A stretch of DNA of 64,000 nucleotides from Vicinamibacteria bacterium. Its GTDB lineage: Bacteria; Acidobacteriota; Vicinamibacteria; Marinacidobacterales; Marinacidobacteraceae. Positions 29,267-40,032 of the stretch are shown here, in pieces. The stretch lies in the NCBI GenBank assembly GCA_963668695.2, contig CAXXLQ010000004.1, positions 2,400,001 to 2,464,000 on the forward strand, given 5' to 3'. A program made the translations under genes and the position numbers. The notes under the pieces were generated by a model that was not told the origin of the DNA, made no database searches, and saw only the letters and a list, made by a program, of their open reading frames with translations. Position 1 is the first letter of the stretch. Every line of letters begins with the position of its first letter.

Positions 29267-30186
29267 CAGCCGGTGGTGAAACCCACGCGGCCCAGTTCTC
29301 CCGGTGGGGGCTCGGCCGGCGATCCATCCCGGCCAAACAGCCTGTGATGAAACCCGCGCGGCCCAGTTCTCCCGGTGGGGGCTCGGCCGGCGATCCATCC
29401 CGGCTGAACCGCGCCGCTGCGTGCCGCTCATCGTTGCGTTTCGGTCGAAATACACTCGGGCCAGTTCTCCCGGTGGGGGCTCCTCCCTCACGCGCCTTGT
29501 CAGCCGGACCCCCACCGGGAGAACTGGCCAGCCTCGGCGCTCGCGTGGGTTCCACCACCGGCTGTTCACCGCGTCGCTGCGCGCCGCTCATCGTTGCGTT
29601 TCGGTCGAAATACACCCGGGCCAGTTCTCCCGGTGGGGGCTTCTCCCTCACGCGCCTTGTCAGCCGGGCGCCTCGCCGGCCTCGGCGCTCACGCGGGTTC
29701 CACCACCGGCTGTTCACCGCGTCGCTTCGCGTCGCGCGTCGTTGCGTTTCGGTCGAAATACACCCGGGCCAGTTCTCCCGGTGGGGGCTTCTCCCTCACG
29801 CGCCTTGTCAGCCGGGCCCCCACCGGGAGGACTGGCCCCACCGGGAGAACTGGGCCTCGCCCCCACCGGGAGAACTGGCGGCCTCGGCGCTCACCCGGGT
29901 TTCACCACAGGCGGTTAACAGCCGGTGAACGAAGTCACGCGGCCCAGTTCTCCCGGTGGGGGCTCGGCCGGCGATGCATCCCGGCTGAACTCTCCGCTTC
30001 GCGCCGCGCGTCGTTGCGCTTCGGTCGAAATACACCCGGGCCGGTTCTCCCGGTGGGGGCTCCTCCCTCGCGCGCCTTGTCAGCCGGGCCCCCACCGGGA
30101 GGACTGGCCCCACCGGGAGAACTGGGCCTCGCCCCCACCGGGAGAACTGGCGGCCTCGGCGCTCACGTCACTTCATCCACCGCCGG
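29267..30186. repeat. Cluster of about five full or partial MITE family 1 copies carrying ~14 18-mers
   Basis: Repeated CAGCC(G/T)GTG...CAC(C/A)GGCTG ends joined at TTAA/TTCA, with the recurring core CGTTGCGTTTCGGTCGAAATACAC. Confidence 0.9.
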
Positions 30187-30271
30187 TTAACCGACCGGTG
30201 CGGCAAATCTCCCGAAAGCGGGTTTGTCCGGACATCGTGGCGCGGGGTAGCGCCGGCCGCGGTCTCAACTG

Positions 30272-31705
30272 ATGGTTTCGGCTTCCACCGTCCTCGTCGT
30301 TGTCGGCTATCTCGCCGGGATCACGGCCTTCGGCATCTGGGTGGGTCGCCGGGATCGGACGGTCACCGGGTTCTTCCTGGCCGGCCGGTCCGCCCCCTAC
30401 TGGGCGGTGGCCGCCTGCATCGTGGCGACCGAGACCAGCGTCCTCACCTTCACTTCGATTCCCGGGTTCGCCTACGAAGGGAACTTCGGTTTCCTGCAGC
30501 TTGCGATCGGGTTCGTGCTGGGCCGGGTAGGGATCGCGCTGGTGCTCCTGCCGGCCTACTTCCGCGGGCAGGTGGTCACCACCTACGAACTCCTGCTGCA
30601 GCGGTTCGGCACCCGCGTGCGGAGCGCCGCCGCCGCCATCTTCCTCGTCTACCGCAACCTCGCCGACGGCGTCCGGCTCCACGCCGCCGCGCTCATGGTG
30701 GCGATCGTCGCCGGGGTTCCCGAGTGGTGGTGCATCGTGGCGCTCGCGGCCGCAATGGTCGTGTTCTCGGAGGAGGGCGGGGTCAAGGCCACCATCTGGA
30801 CCGACGTGATCCAGCTCGGCGTGTATCTCATCGGGGCCGGGGTGATCGTCGCGGCGCTCTGGCAGGGGAGTGGCCCCGAGCCGCTCGCCTGGATCCCTGC
30901 TGCCCGCGAGGCCGGGAAGTTCGCGGTGGTGTTTCCCGCCTTCGACCTCACCATCCCATACACGATCTGGGCCGGGGTGGCCGGCGGGTTCTTCCTCACC
31001 TTCGCGACCCACGGTGCGGACCAGTACCTGGCCCAGCGGCTGCTCGCGGCACGTTCGCTCCGCCACGCCCAGGCGGGTCTGGTGATTTCCGGGTTCGGGG
31101 CTTTGCTCCAGTTCGGGCTCTTCCTGGGCATCGGCGCCTGGCTCTGGCACTACTACGACGGCCGGGCGTTCGCCCGTCCCGACGAAGTGCTCCCCACCTT
31201 CGTCGCGGAGAATCTCTCCGGTCTCGCGGCCGGGGTCACCCTCGCCGCGGTCGTGGCGGCAGCGCTTTCTCCATCCCTCGTGAGCCTCGCTTCGACCACC
31301 GTGCGGGACTTCTGGCTGCCCTGGAAACAGCGGCAGGGGACGGCGGGAGGCGCCGGCGATGACTCCGGGCAGGTCCGGGTCGGCCGGCAGTTCGTGGTGG
31401 TCTGGGGGATCGTGCAGACCGGGGTGGCGCTCATGGCCCAGCGTGCGCCCTCGGCGCTGGAGGCCGGCCTCTCGGTGCTCTCCTACGCCTCCGGACCGAC
31501 GGTGGGGGCCTTCCTGCTCGCGGTCTTCGCGCGGCGCACCGAACCCACCGCCGTGCTGATCGGGATGGCCGGCGGTTTCGCGGCCCCGGCGGCGATCCGG
31601 CTGGCCGGCTTTCCCCTCGCGTGGACGTGGGACGTCATGGTGGGCTCCCTCGCCACCGCCGCGGTGGGCCTCCTGATCAGCCGCTGGCGAAGAGGCGCTG
31701 CGTAG
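30272..31705 (+). CDS. Sodium:solute symporter (SSS family)
   Basis: FFLAGR, VATETS, GGVKATIWTDVIQ and HGADQYLAQRLL, with many TM helices. Confidence 0.9.
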   Translation: MVSASTVLVVVGYLAGITAFGIWVGRRDRTVTGFFLAGRSAPYWAVAACIVATETSVLTFTSIPGFAYEGNFGFLQLAIGFVLGRVGIALVLLPAYFRGQVVTTYELLLQRFGTRVRSAAAAIFLVYRNLADGVRLHAAALMVAIVAGVPEWWCIVALAAAMVVFSEEGGVKATIWTDVIQLGVYLIGAGVIVAALWQGSGPEPLAWIPAAREAGKFAVVFPAFDLTIPYTIWAGVAGGFFLTFATHGADQYLAQRLLAARSLRHAQAGLVISGFGALLQFGLFLGIGAWLWHYYDGRAFARPDEVLPTFVAENLSGLAAGVTLAAVVAAALSPSLVSLASTTVRDFWLPWKQRQGTAGGAGDDSGQVRVGRQFVVVWGIVQTGVALMAQRAPSALEAGLSVLSYASGPTVGAFLLAVFARRTEPTAVLIGMAGGFAAPAAIRLAGFPLAWTWDVMVGSLATAAVGLLISRWRRGAA

Positions 31706-31828
31706 AATGCGTCCGGTGCCCCGACGGGATGTGACTGAGTGGCGGGCGGCGCCGGGGAGAGCCGCAGCGCGGCGAAACCGCCGGTGCGCGGCCCGCGGAG
31801 CCGGCCCGGTGAACGGCGTGGAACCAAA

Positions 31829-33364
31829 GTGACGGGCTTCCGGACCATCCTGGGCGCCTTCCGCTCCTGGCGGACCCTCTCGGTCACGCTGCTGTCGTTC
31901 TCGTCGGGGCTGCCCCTTGGCCTTGTCTGGATCGCCATTCCCGACTGGATGCGTGACATCGGGGTGGACATCCGCATCGTCGGGCTCTTCAACCTGGCGC
32001 AGATCCCCTGGGCGTTCAAGGTCCTCTGGTCGCCTTTCATGGACCGCTACGTCCCGGGCTTCTGGGGACGGCGGCGCGGCTGGATGGCGATCACCCAGGT
32101 GGCTCTCCTGGGCCTCTGCCTCCTGCTCGGGGGTGTCGGGGACCACCCGGACGCCATCTGGCTGGTGGGGGCGCTGGCGCTCGCCCTGGGGGTCGCTTCC
32201 GCTTCGCAGGACATCGTGGTGGATGCCTACGCGGTGGAGGTGCTCCGCCCCGAGGAGCACGGGGTGGCGGTGGGCGCCCGGGTGGCGCTCTACCGCGCCG
32301 CGATGCTGGTCGCCGGAGGGGGTGCGATCAGCCTGGCGGCGCTCTTCGGTTGGGGGGTGGTGAACGCGCTGCTGGGGCTGATCTTCTTTCCCATGCTGTT
32401 CGTCACCTGGCGCGCACCCGAGCCGGAGGAAAGCTTCCAGCCCCCCCGCACCCTGCGCGATGCGGTCTGGAAGCCTTTCCTGGAAGCCCTCTCCCGGCCC
32501 CGGGCTTTGGAAATCCTGGCCTTCGTCTTCTTCTACAAGTTCGCCGACAACCTGGCCCAGGCGCTTACCCGGCCCTTCCTGATCGACATGGGATACGGCG
32601 GCGGACACCGGGGCATCGCGCTCGGGACCGTAGGCCTGGTCGCCGCGATCGTCGGCACCTTCGCCGGCGGGATGTTCACGACGCTGGCCGGGCTCGGACC
32701 GGCGCTCTGGCTCTTCGGCGGGCTCCAGATCTTTTCGAATCTCGGCTACTTCTTCGTCGCCGGCGCCGACGGGAGCCTCGCCTGGATGTACGGGGCCTCG
32801 GCCTTCGAGTTGCTGACCGGAGGGCTCGGCACCGGGGCGTTCTCCGTGCTCCTGCTCCGGATCACCGAAAAGCGCTTCTCGGCGACCCAGTACGCGCTCT
32901 TTTCCGGGCTCTTCGCGCTGCCGCGCCTGCTCGCCGGCCCCTTCAGCGGTTTTGCGGTGGACGCCATCGGCTGGCGGACCTTTTTCCTGTCCACGATGGC
33001 GATGGGGATCCCCGGCCTGATCCTCCTCCATCGCTTCTCCCCGCTCGGGGTCCGCGATCCGGAGATCCGGTTCGGCGGCGGTGACGAACCGGCAGCTCCC
33101 CGCCTTTCCTCCGGCCTCGCCAGCCGTTTTGGGATCGCGGCCCTTCTCGGCGGCGGGACGGTCTTCGGCTTCGCCGTCCTGCTCGGCGCCCTCAAGGCGA
33201 TGCGGCTCGATCCCGAGTCCGGCTTCTCGCTCATCGCGGGGCTCAATCCCATCCTCAATCCGGCGTCCTTTGCGGATTGGGTGCAGGTGGGGGGCATTGT
33301 GGTGTTGGGCCTGATCTCCGGTCTCTTCGGGGCCGCCTTCGCCGCCGCTCGGCGGCGGGGATAA
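31829..33364 (+). CDS. ampG: AmpG family muropeptide MFS permease
   Basis: FSSGLP, KVLWSPFMD, GRRRGW, SASQDIVVDAY, YKFAD and FSATQYALFS. Confidence 0.88.
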   Translation: MTGFRTILGAFRSWRTLSVTLLSFSSGLPLGLVWIAIPDWMRDIGVDIRIVGLFNLAQIPWAFKVLWSPFMDRYVPGFWGRRRGWMAITQVALLGLCLLLGGVGDHPDAIWLVGALALALGVASASQDIVVDAYAVEVLRPEEHGVAVGARVALYRAAMLVAGGGAISLAALFGWGVVNALLGLIFFPMLFVTWRAPEPEESFQPPRTLRDAVWKPFLEALSRPRALEILAFVFFYKFADNLAQALTRPFLIDMGYGGGHRGIALGTVGLVAAIVGTFAGGMFTTLAGLGPALWLFGGLQIFSNLGYFFVAGADGSLAWMYGASAFELLTGGLGTGAFSVLLLRITEKRFSATQYALFSGLFALPRLLAGPFSGFAVDAIGWRTFFLSTMAMGIPGLILLHRFSPLGVRDPEIRFGGGDEPAAPRLSSGLASRFGIAALLGGGTVFGFAVLLGALKAMRLDPESGFSLIAGLNPILNPASFADWVQVGGIVVLGLISGLFGAAFAAARRRG

Positions 33365-33401
33365 AGGGTTCCATCGACTCGCCCGGTTAGATTCCCGGTA
33401 G

Positions 33402-35594
33402 ATGTACCGGGTGCGCTCTGCGGTTGCGGTTCTGGCCGTTCTGGGCTGGGCTGCGTCGGGCTCCGCGTTCACCGGAACGGTGCTCCTCCTCAACGGCGAG
33501 CCCGCGGCGGGCGCCATCGTTCAGATCCTCGGGCATCCCGGTTCAGCCACCACCGACGCCAACGGCCGCTTCGAGTGGCTACCGGACCCGGTCCCCCCCT
33601 TCCACGTGTTGGTGGTGCTTCCGGGCGAGCGCTACACCGCCCCCGTCATCGTCGAGTCCTTCGACGGGAGCGAGGTGGAACTTCGCGTCGAGCCGCTCGG
33701 GGTGCACGAGAGCGTCACCATCACCAGCGGCGCCGTGCCGCACACCGACGCCACGCCGGGAAGCGCCGCTGCGGTCATTTCCGGCGAGGCGATCCGCGTC
33801 CGCCAGGCGCCGCGGCTCGCCGACGTGCTGGAGGCGGTTCCCGGAGGCGGGCGCGACAGCGATCTCCACGCCGGGGTCCCCTCGATTCGCGGCCTCTCGG
33901 GAGGCCGGACGGTGCTCCTCCTGGACGGGGCGCGGATCACCAGCGAGCGCCGCGCCGGGCCGAGCGCCACCTTCCTCGATCCGTTCTTCCTCGAAGCCGT
34001 CGAAGTGGTGCGCGGTCCGTCTTCGGTGGCCTACGGCTCGGACGCTTTCGGCGGCGTCATCCACGCCCGGACTCGGCGCCCGGTTCCCGGCGACCCCCTC
34101 GCGGCTCGAGCCCGCGCCACCTGGGGCGCCGGCCTTCCGGAAGCGAGCTTCGGGGCCGAGGTCGCGGGGTCCGTTCTCGAGACCGGTCTGCTCGCCCAGG
34201 CGAGGCGCCGGGTCTTTTCCGAGTACTCGAGCCCCGAGGGCAGGGTTGCCCGGTCGGGCGCCGAGGATTACGGATTCCTGCTCCGCGGTTTGCGGGAGGT
34301 CGCGGGCGGCTTGCTCGGGCTGGGACTCCAGGTCGACGCCGCGCGGAACGTGGGGCGCCCCCGGCGTTCCTCGTCGGTCACTTCCTATCCCTTCGAGGAT
34401 TCGGCCCGGCTCGTTGCCGACTACCAGCTTGCTCCGCGCTGGGGGTTCGCGCGGCTCGACGCCACCGCCTTCGTCGGCGCCCACCGCCTGCTGACGCGGC
34501 GCGAGCAGGGCGGGGAAGCCGCGGATTCCGAGGTCGCGGCGCATGACTTCATGCTGCGGACGCGCGGCGTCCGGCCTCTCCGGGACGGCCGCCTCGAACT
34601 CGGCGCCGAGTTCCTGAGCCGGTTCGATATCTATGCCGGGACCGGCGCTGACGGAATGACGGCGGCCCTCCCGGACGGGGGAGAGTTCGGCTCCGGCCTC
34701 GACGGCGCGGTGCGCCGCGAGGCGTCGGTTTACGGCCACGCCGAGCAGCCGTTCGACGGGCGACTTGCCGGGAGCGCGGGAGCGCGGCTTTCGGCGATCG
34801 CCAGCCGAGCCGGCCCGGCGTCCGGCGGCGCCGGCCCCCGGCCGGAAACGAGCCACGGAGCGCTCAGCGGTTTCCTCGCCCTGCGCGCCGACCTGACGCC
34901 CGGGGTCGCGCTTACCGGCCAGCTTTCCCGTGGCTTCCGCGATCCCACCCTCTCGGATCGCTACTACAGCGGGCTCACCGGCCGCGGCGTGGTGTACGGA
35001 AACCCCGATCTCCGCCCGGAGCGCGCGCTCCAGACGGACCTCGCCCTCCGCTTCGACCGGGGCGCCGTCCATGGCGGGCTCTACGCCTTCCGCTACCGCA
35101 TCACCGATCTCGTCGAGCGCTACGAGGACGGTGAGGACCTCTACTTCTTCCGGAACCGGGGCGAGGCGCATCTTTCCGGCGTCGAATTCGAGCTCCAGGT
35201 CGGCGCCCCGGGTGACGCTTTCCTGTTGGATCTCGCCGGCGGACTGACTCGCGGCCGGACGGAGGACGGGGCGGCCCTCGACGGAGTGCGCCCGGCGAAC
35301 TTCCGGGCCGGGCTCCGCCATCGCCTCCGGGCGCGGAGCTTCGCCGAGGTCGTCCTGCTGGCATTTACCGCGGACAGTGATCCAGGTCCCACCGAGTCGG
35401 CCATGGATGCCTACGCCCGCCTCGACGCCGCCGTCGGCTTCCCGATTGCCGGTGGCGCCGAACTGCGCCTCTCGGGTCGCAACCTGTTGAACGCGACCTA
35501 CCCGATCAGCGCCGACGCTCGCGCCGTCCTTGCCCCCGGGCGCAGTCTGGTCGGAACCATCGTCTGGACGCTCGGGAGCGACGCCGGTCCCTGA
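33402..35594 (+). CDS. TonB-dependent receptor
   Basis: Signal peptide, carboxypeptidase-regulatory-like N-domain, plug (SIRG, LLDG, VEVVRGPSSVAYGSDAFGG), GNPDLRPE, NLLN and PGR. Confidence 0.92.
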   Translation: MYRVRSAVAVLAVLGWAASGSAFTGTVLLLNGEPAAGAIVQILGHPGSATTDANGRFEWLPDPVPPFHVLVVLPGERYTAPVIVESFDGSEVELRVEPLGVHESVTITSGAVPHTDATPGSAAAVISGEAIRVRQAPRLADVLEAVPGGGRDSDLHAGVPSIRGLSGGRTVLLLDGARITSERRAGPSATFLDPFFLEAVEVVRGPSSVAYGSDAFGGVIHARTRRPVPGDPLAARARATWGAGLPEASFGAEVAGSVLETGLLAQARRRVFSEYSSPEGRVARSGAEDYGFLLRGLREVAGGLLGLGLQVDAARNVGRPRRSSSVTSYPFEDSARLVADYQLAPRWGFARLDATAFVGAHRLLTRREQGGEAADSEVAAHDFMLRTRGVRPLRDGRLELGAEFLSRFDIYAGTGADGMTAALPDGGEFGSGLDGAVRREASVYGHAEQPFDGRLAGSAGARLSAIASRAGPASGGAGPRPETSHGALSGFLALRADLTPGVALTGQLSRGFRDPTLSDRYYSGLTGRGVVYGNPDLRPERALQTDLALRFDRGAVHGGLYAFRYRITDLVERYEDGEDLYFFRNRGEAHLSGVEFELQVGAPGDAFLLDLAGGLTRGRTEDGAALDGVRPANFRAGLRHRLRARSFAEVVLLAFTADSDPGPTESAMDAYARLDAAVGFPIAGGAELRLSGRNLLNATYPISADARAVLAPGRSLVGTIVWTLGSDAGP

Positions 35595-36175
35595 CCGCCG
35601 GTAGGTCACGGGCCCCGGTGCCCCGGTGGGGGCTCGGTCGGGAATACAAGGGGGCCCAATTGGGGTGGTGGAAGACTCACGACAGTGTTTCCCGATTCGA
35701 TCAGGTCAAATACCGTCGTAATCCGCTTATGCCTTTGGCTCTGGGAGCCGTTTCGCCAGTGGTACGGATGTTTGCTCTGCCGGGCCCGCTCATAGCCGAA
35801 CGCCGCACCGCCGTGGTGACAGTCCGGAACACGCGGCGAGGTTTCGACGTAGTGACCCAAGTAACTGCAAATGGAACGGCCGTGAATCGGTGGCTGGCGA
35901 GAATTTTTGGAACCATGACCCCGTTCGAAATATGTGAAGTCCCAAATGTTCCTGACATTCGTATGTGACCGGATGACGTTACATTCATTACACACCGGGA
36001 ATGGGGCACATTCCGTGTCTTGGGAGTGTCTGAAGTGGGTTTGCGCTGTGAAAGAATGCAAATACGTTCCACGCACAAGAAATCACCTTTGGTCCGCGCG
36101 TCGGATGCCGTTATTCCGTGCTGAGTGTGACACATGACATTGACACGCGGTTACGGTTGAGGTGAGAACATCGCG

Positions 36176-37876
36176 ATGAATCTCACGGTCTCCGAGTTGG
36201 CACGTGCCGTAAGGAAGAACGAAAATTACGTGCGCCAACACATACATCGGCGCCATCTTGCCGTTCGGAGACAGGGACGAAGCGTTTGTGTACCGCTTGA
36301 AGAGGCTGTGAAATGGGCCGGGGCACGCGGCCTTCCCTTCACCCCGCCGAAACGGGTCCGGCTGACATTCCTGGAAGAGGGGGAGAGGATTGCGCGGCTC
36401 ACGATTCTCGCCTGGCGCGGCCAGGACGGGAGGGCGCGGAATCTGCTCACGCTCCTGCGTCATCGGAAGCGCGAATCCGTGGGTCCGTGGTCAGGCGAAC
36501 CGGATGCAGTCTGGGCTCTTGAATCACTCGGTGACGGGCTCAGTCTGTTTTCCTTCACCGCTTCGTACGCGGAGTGCCGAAAGCACCTCGACCACATCCT
36601 TGCGTCGGAGACGCTTGAGACGATGGGACACGAGATCCACTACGACCTGGAGGACCAGCCCAGGAATCACTGGGCGTACAGGGACTACCGGCGCCGTTCG
36701 GAAGCGTCCATACGCAGTCCGTTCTCGATGCACAGCGCCGCGATTACCGAGTACTGGAGTTTCGAGGACGAACCACACAAGCGTTGGCTGTCGCTACCCG
36801 ACCCTCCGCCGGCCCGCATCCGGTCGGGACTTCGTCGCCTCGGATTCCCACTGGACCGGTGCCCGGAGCGGGTCGGGAACCTGGTCATCGCCGCTGCCGA
36901 AGACGCGATCACCTGTCGACTGACGGCGCATCAGGACCAGACGCTCCGACTTCACGTAGATGCCAAAGCCCTGTTGCCGGAGACGTATCGCGCGACGGTT
37001 TGGGCGAGCCATAGCGGAGACGAAGTACTGCGCAGGGAGGTGCCAATAACAGCCGGGCAGACAACGATCGAACTGGTCTCCGGGGTGGATCGGACTGGTT
37101 TCGCGATCTGCAGGGACGTCGACGGCCAGTATGTGGATCTTGTCGAGAACGTGGCCAATAGCGAGGCACTGCATACCGTAATGCGGGGATCCGGGCCGGT
37201 GCCGCGGTCTCCGGGGCCGCGATCCCGCGGTCCGCAGCGCGTCGACGCTTCTCGTTCGGTTTCCGGGATTGCCGAGTATCCCGAGGTAACCCCCAGTCGA
37301 CTCGACAGGGACATCCGGCAACAGTGGCTCCATCGAGTGGCTTATCGGAAGGAAGTAGGGGCCAGGCGCGAAGCCAACCTCGTGCGCTTCGGTCCCGGCC
37401 GGTTTGACGAGGCGGCGCGGCACTTCTTGTATCTCATATCCAACGACTCGGACACCGCAGGGCCCATCTACCTCGCCGATCCGTGTTTTGTCGGCCACGC
37501 GATGGCGGACGAGGTGGCACAACTGTTTGTGGACATGAGCGCCGCCATTCAGCGCCGGCCGCTGCGGATTCTGTGTGCCGAACGTGAGCCGGACGATGCT
37601 CCCCCCTGGTGGGCGCGTTACCTCCGAAAGATCCGAGCAAACGTTACCGTGCGGACCTTCGTGAACCGAAGCGACGAGCGCGGATGTTTCCACGACCGAT
37701 ATCTGATCACTCCCGCGCGTGAAGTTCTGATGACGAACTCGTTCAACGGGTGGAACAGGTTCGGGGTGACCTTCGTGAGTCTTCCCTACGGCGTGTACCG
37801 TGCCGAGGCGCAGCAACTGTGGGCCATGGACCTGGATGCGCCTGCTTCCGACATTCTCGTGCGTGAGATCTCGTAG
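36176..37876 (+). CDS. HTH-containing protein with C-terminal PLD-like nuclease motif (VPA1262-like), candidate defence protein
   Basis: N-terminal excisionase-type HTH (LTVSELARAVRKNENYVRQHI). C-terminal IYLADP, FHDRYLIT and TNSFNG. Confidence 0.6.
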   Translation: MNLTVSELARAVRKNENYVRQHIHRRHLAVRRQGRSVCVPLEEAVKWAGARGLPFTPPKRVRLTFLEEGERIARLTILAWRGQDGRARNLLTLLRHRKRESVGPWSGEPDAVWALESLGDGLSLFSFTASYAECRKHLDHILASETLETMGHEIHYDLEDQPRNHWAYRDYRRRSEASIRSPFSMHSAAITEYWSFEDEPHKRWLSLPDPPPARIRSGLRRLGFPLDRCPERVGNLVIAAAEDAITCRLTAHQDQTLRLHVDAKALLPETYRATVWASHSGDEVLRREVPITAGQTTIELVSGVDRTGFAICRDVDGQYVDLVENVANSEALHTVMRGSGPVPRSPGPRSRGPQRVDASRSVSGIAEYPEVTPSRLDRDIRQQWLHRVAYRKEVGARREANLVRFGPGRFDEAARHFLYLISNDSDTAGPIYLADPCFVGHAMADEVAQLFVDMSAAIQRRPLRILCAEREPDDAPPWWARYLRKIRANVTVRTFVNRSDERGCFHDRYLITPAREVLMTNSFNGWNRFGVTFVSLPYGVYRAEAQQLWAMDLDAPASDILVREIS

Positions 37877-40032
37877 TGGCCGGCCCGTCCGGGACCGAAC
37901 CCGCGCTGTCTCCGGAAATTCGGGCGGCGGTCTGGCGGATCTTCAGTGCCGGCGCGGCGCCGGGAGCCAGAGGATCGGCTTTCGAGAACATCGAGCCCGT
38001 GATCCGGTTGCATGTGCCGCCGGCAGACCAGAATCGCGCCATCGCAACCATCGGAAGCTGGTTCGACTCGGGGACGCACGTAAGGTGGCTGAATTCGGAT
38101 CGCGCGGCGTTGGTTGCGGATCTGGTGCTTGAGGGCGTCGGCCCGCGGCGCTCGGAGGATGCGATCTGGGCGATCGCCTCCATCGGGCTCGATCTTTCGG
38201 TTGGCATGATTCGTCGGCGCTGGTCGTCGGGCGAGACTGACTCGTTTGTCGAGGCAGCGATCGAAGCGCTGAACGGGCTGGTGGTCGGCTCTCCGATTGC
38301 GGGTAGTTCGGCTGGGGAAGGGGAAGAAGCGGAGGACAGAGGCTTTCGGGAAGCCGCATTGCGTGACGGGATGGTGGGCGCGTTTGCGCGCCTTGAGAAA
38401 CAGAGTCTTGAACTCCTGAGCCAGGGGCTGCACCCCACGGTGGCCAATCTGATTGATCTGGCGGTTGATCTGTCTCCTGAACGCTCCCCGCTACTCATCG
38501 AACGGCTGAAAGCGCCGACGATGCAGGCGAAGGCGGCCCGCCGAATGGTGGCGTGGGTGGCGCGGACGTCCCCCCGTGAGCAGCACCGGATCGTCGGATG
38601 GATCACGAAGCGCTCGGGTGAGGCCGCCGTGGCGCTGGCCATCGTCCACACCCTGAGCGCGGTCCGGAAGATGGACGAGGGCCGCATGGCCGGGGGCATT
38701 CCGGACTCGCTCAAATCTGTCCGGGACGACGATGTCACCAGGGAGGAGGGCCCCCCGGACGACGCCGCCGCAAGTTTGCTGGTCCAACTGTTGGAACGGT
38801 TGGGACGCCTCGATCCATCGGTTTGCCTCCGTTGGGTCGGCGAACTCTTGAGTCAGGCGTCGCTAGCGCTGTCGGCGCCGGGCGATGGACGAAAACCGCT
38901 CCGGCTCGTGGAGCTGGAAGAAGGGTGTACAAGACTGGCGGCAGGTCTCTTCCAGGATTGCGTGTCCGCGGATTTGCTCTCTCAGTTCCAGTTCGGTCTG
39001 CGTCCTGGCCGAAGGAAGCGCTGGGTCCGTCACCAAACGGGGATTGCCAAGGCGATGCGCGAGTTGTCTCCAGAGCGCGCGGCGGAGCTCGCGCGGGCCA
39101 CGCTCGATGAGCACCGGCGGCGCTTGGCGGAGCAGCGGGACGGCCAATACCTCGCCTCCGAGTGGGGCGATTGGAACGACCGAGAATGGCTGGAAGGGCT
39201 GGGAACAGCGCTCGCGCTGTCTGGTGTGGAGCTCGATCTTCCCGTGTGGGTAGCGAAGGAGTGCCGGGACCTGCGGCTCAGCGTCTGGGATGCGGAGGAG
39301 GATCTCGACTCGTTTGCGATCTCGGAACAGATCGCCCAGCACTGGTTGCTGGTCGCGCTGCTCGCGATTCCGCGCCGGAGCGAGTTCGGCCGGCCAATCG
39401 AGCCCTTTCAGGTCTGTGCTCTGGCCGAAGCCGTGTGGGCGCATTGCAGGTTTTGCCGGCAGCACCTCGACAGTCACCCGGAAGCATCTGTCGCTGCCGA
39501 ACTGGCTGCCCGCTATGCAATGCGGTTCGGCCAGGCAGACGATCAGTGGGTTCTTAACCAGGCCCGCGATGAGGGCGTCGGCCCCAGAGCTCTCTGCGTG
39601 CTCGTGGAAGAGCGACGAGCCCGCCGTCGGCAGTCGGGAGAGGGCAATCCCGACTACGACGAGATGATCATCGCCGATCTCGTGCGCATTGCTTCGAACC
39701 GGTTCGAGGATGGTGGCCAGTTCGATCTGGACACCCTGGAGTACTGGGGAAAGCTGTGGCTCTCCCTCGGCGCGGTGGATCAGGCGGAACGAACGGCCAT
39801 GGCAATCGTCAGTTTTCCCTTGCGGGCGACGGATCGGAACTTCCGCATTCTGGCGCTGAAACTCCTCGGCCTGGTCGTGCGGGTTCGCAAACCGCGGCTC
39901 GAGGTCACGGAGCACGTGGTCCCGCTCTACAACCAGCTCTGGCCCGTGTTCGGCGGAACCCCGGCCGAGGAAAGGGCAGCCCGCCAGGAGATAGAGCAGG
40001 CGTTCATCGGCTCGGAACTCATCGCTCTCTAG
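37876..40032 (+). CDS. Large alpha-helical hypothetical protein
   Basis: 718-aa ORF with a GTG start overlapping the upstream TAG. Atypical codon usage and no recognised motif. Confidence 0.7.
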   Translation: MAGPSGTEPALSPEIRAAVWRIFSAGAAPGARGSAFENIEPVIRLHVPPADQNRAIATIGSWFDSGTHVRWLNSDRAALVADLVLEGVGPRRSEDAIWAIASIGLDLSVGMIRRRWSSGETDSFVEAAIEALNGLVVGSPIAGSSAGEGEEAEDRGFREAALRDGMVGAFARLEKQSLELLSQGLHPTVANLIDLAVDLSPERSPLLIERLKAPTMQAKAARRMVAWVARTSPREQHRIVGWITKRSGEAAVALAIVHTLSAVRKMDEGRMAGGIPDSLKSVRDDDVTREEGPPDDAAASLLVQLLERLGRLDPSVCLRWVGELLSQASLALSAPGDGRKPLRLVELEEGCTRLAAGLFQDCVSADLLSQFQFGLRPGRRKRWVRHQTGIAKAMRELSPERAAELARATLDEHRRRLAEQRDGQYLASEWGDWNDREWLEGLGTALALSGVELDLPVWVAKECRDLRLSVWDAEEDLDSFAISEQIAQHWLLVALLAIPRRSEFGRPIEPFQVCALAEAVWAHCRFCRQHLDSHPEASVAAELAARYAMRFGQADDQWVLNQARDEGVGPRALCVLVEERRARRRQSGEGNPDYDEMIIADLVRIASNRFEDGGQFDLDTLEYWGKLWLSLGAVDQAERTAMAIVSFPLRATDRNFRILALKLLGLVVRVRKPRLEVTEHVVPLYNQLWPVFGGTPAEERAARQEIEQAFIGSELIAL

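Noticed and set aside
29267-30186. Possible CRISPR array built from the recurring 18-mer
   Set aside because: The repeats are in both orientations at irregular spacing, the intervening sequences are themselves repeated MITE parts rather than unique spacers, and there are no cas genes.
28487-30272. ORFs with repeated PTGRTG / PPPGEL / QFSRWG peptides
   Set aside because: They are translations of the MITE and 18-mer repeats, with no independent evidence of coding.
30173-33517. 1114-aa minus-strand ORF and many other long antisense or alternate-frame ORFs
   Set aside because: These are shadow ORFs typical of high-GC DNA, opposite well-supported genes, with Arg/Pro/Gly-rich composition and no motifs.
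35606-36135. Short ORFs in the AT-richer island leader
   Set aside because: Three overlapping candidates with no recognisable motif or RBS, so I cannot choose one.
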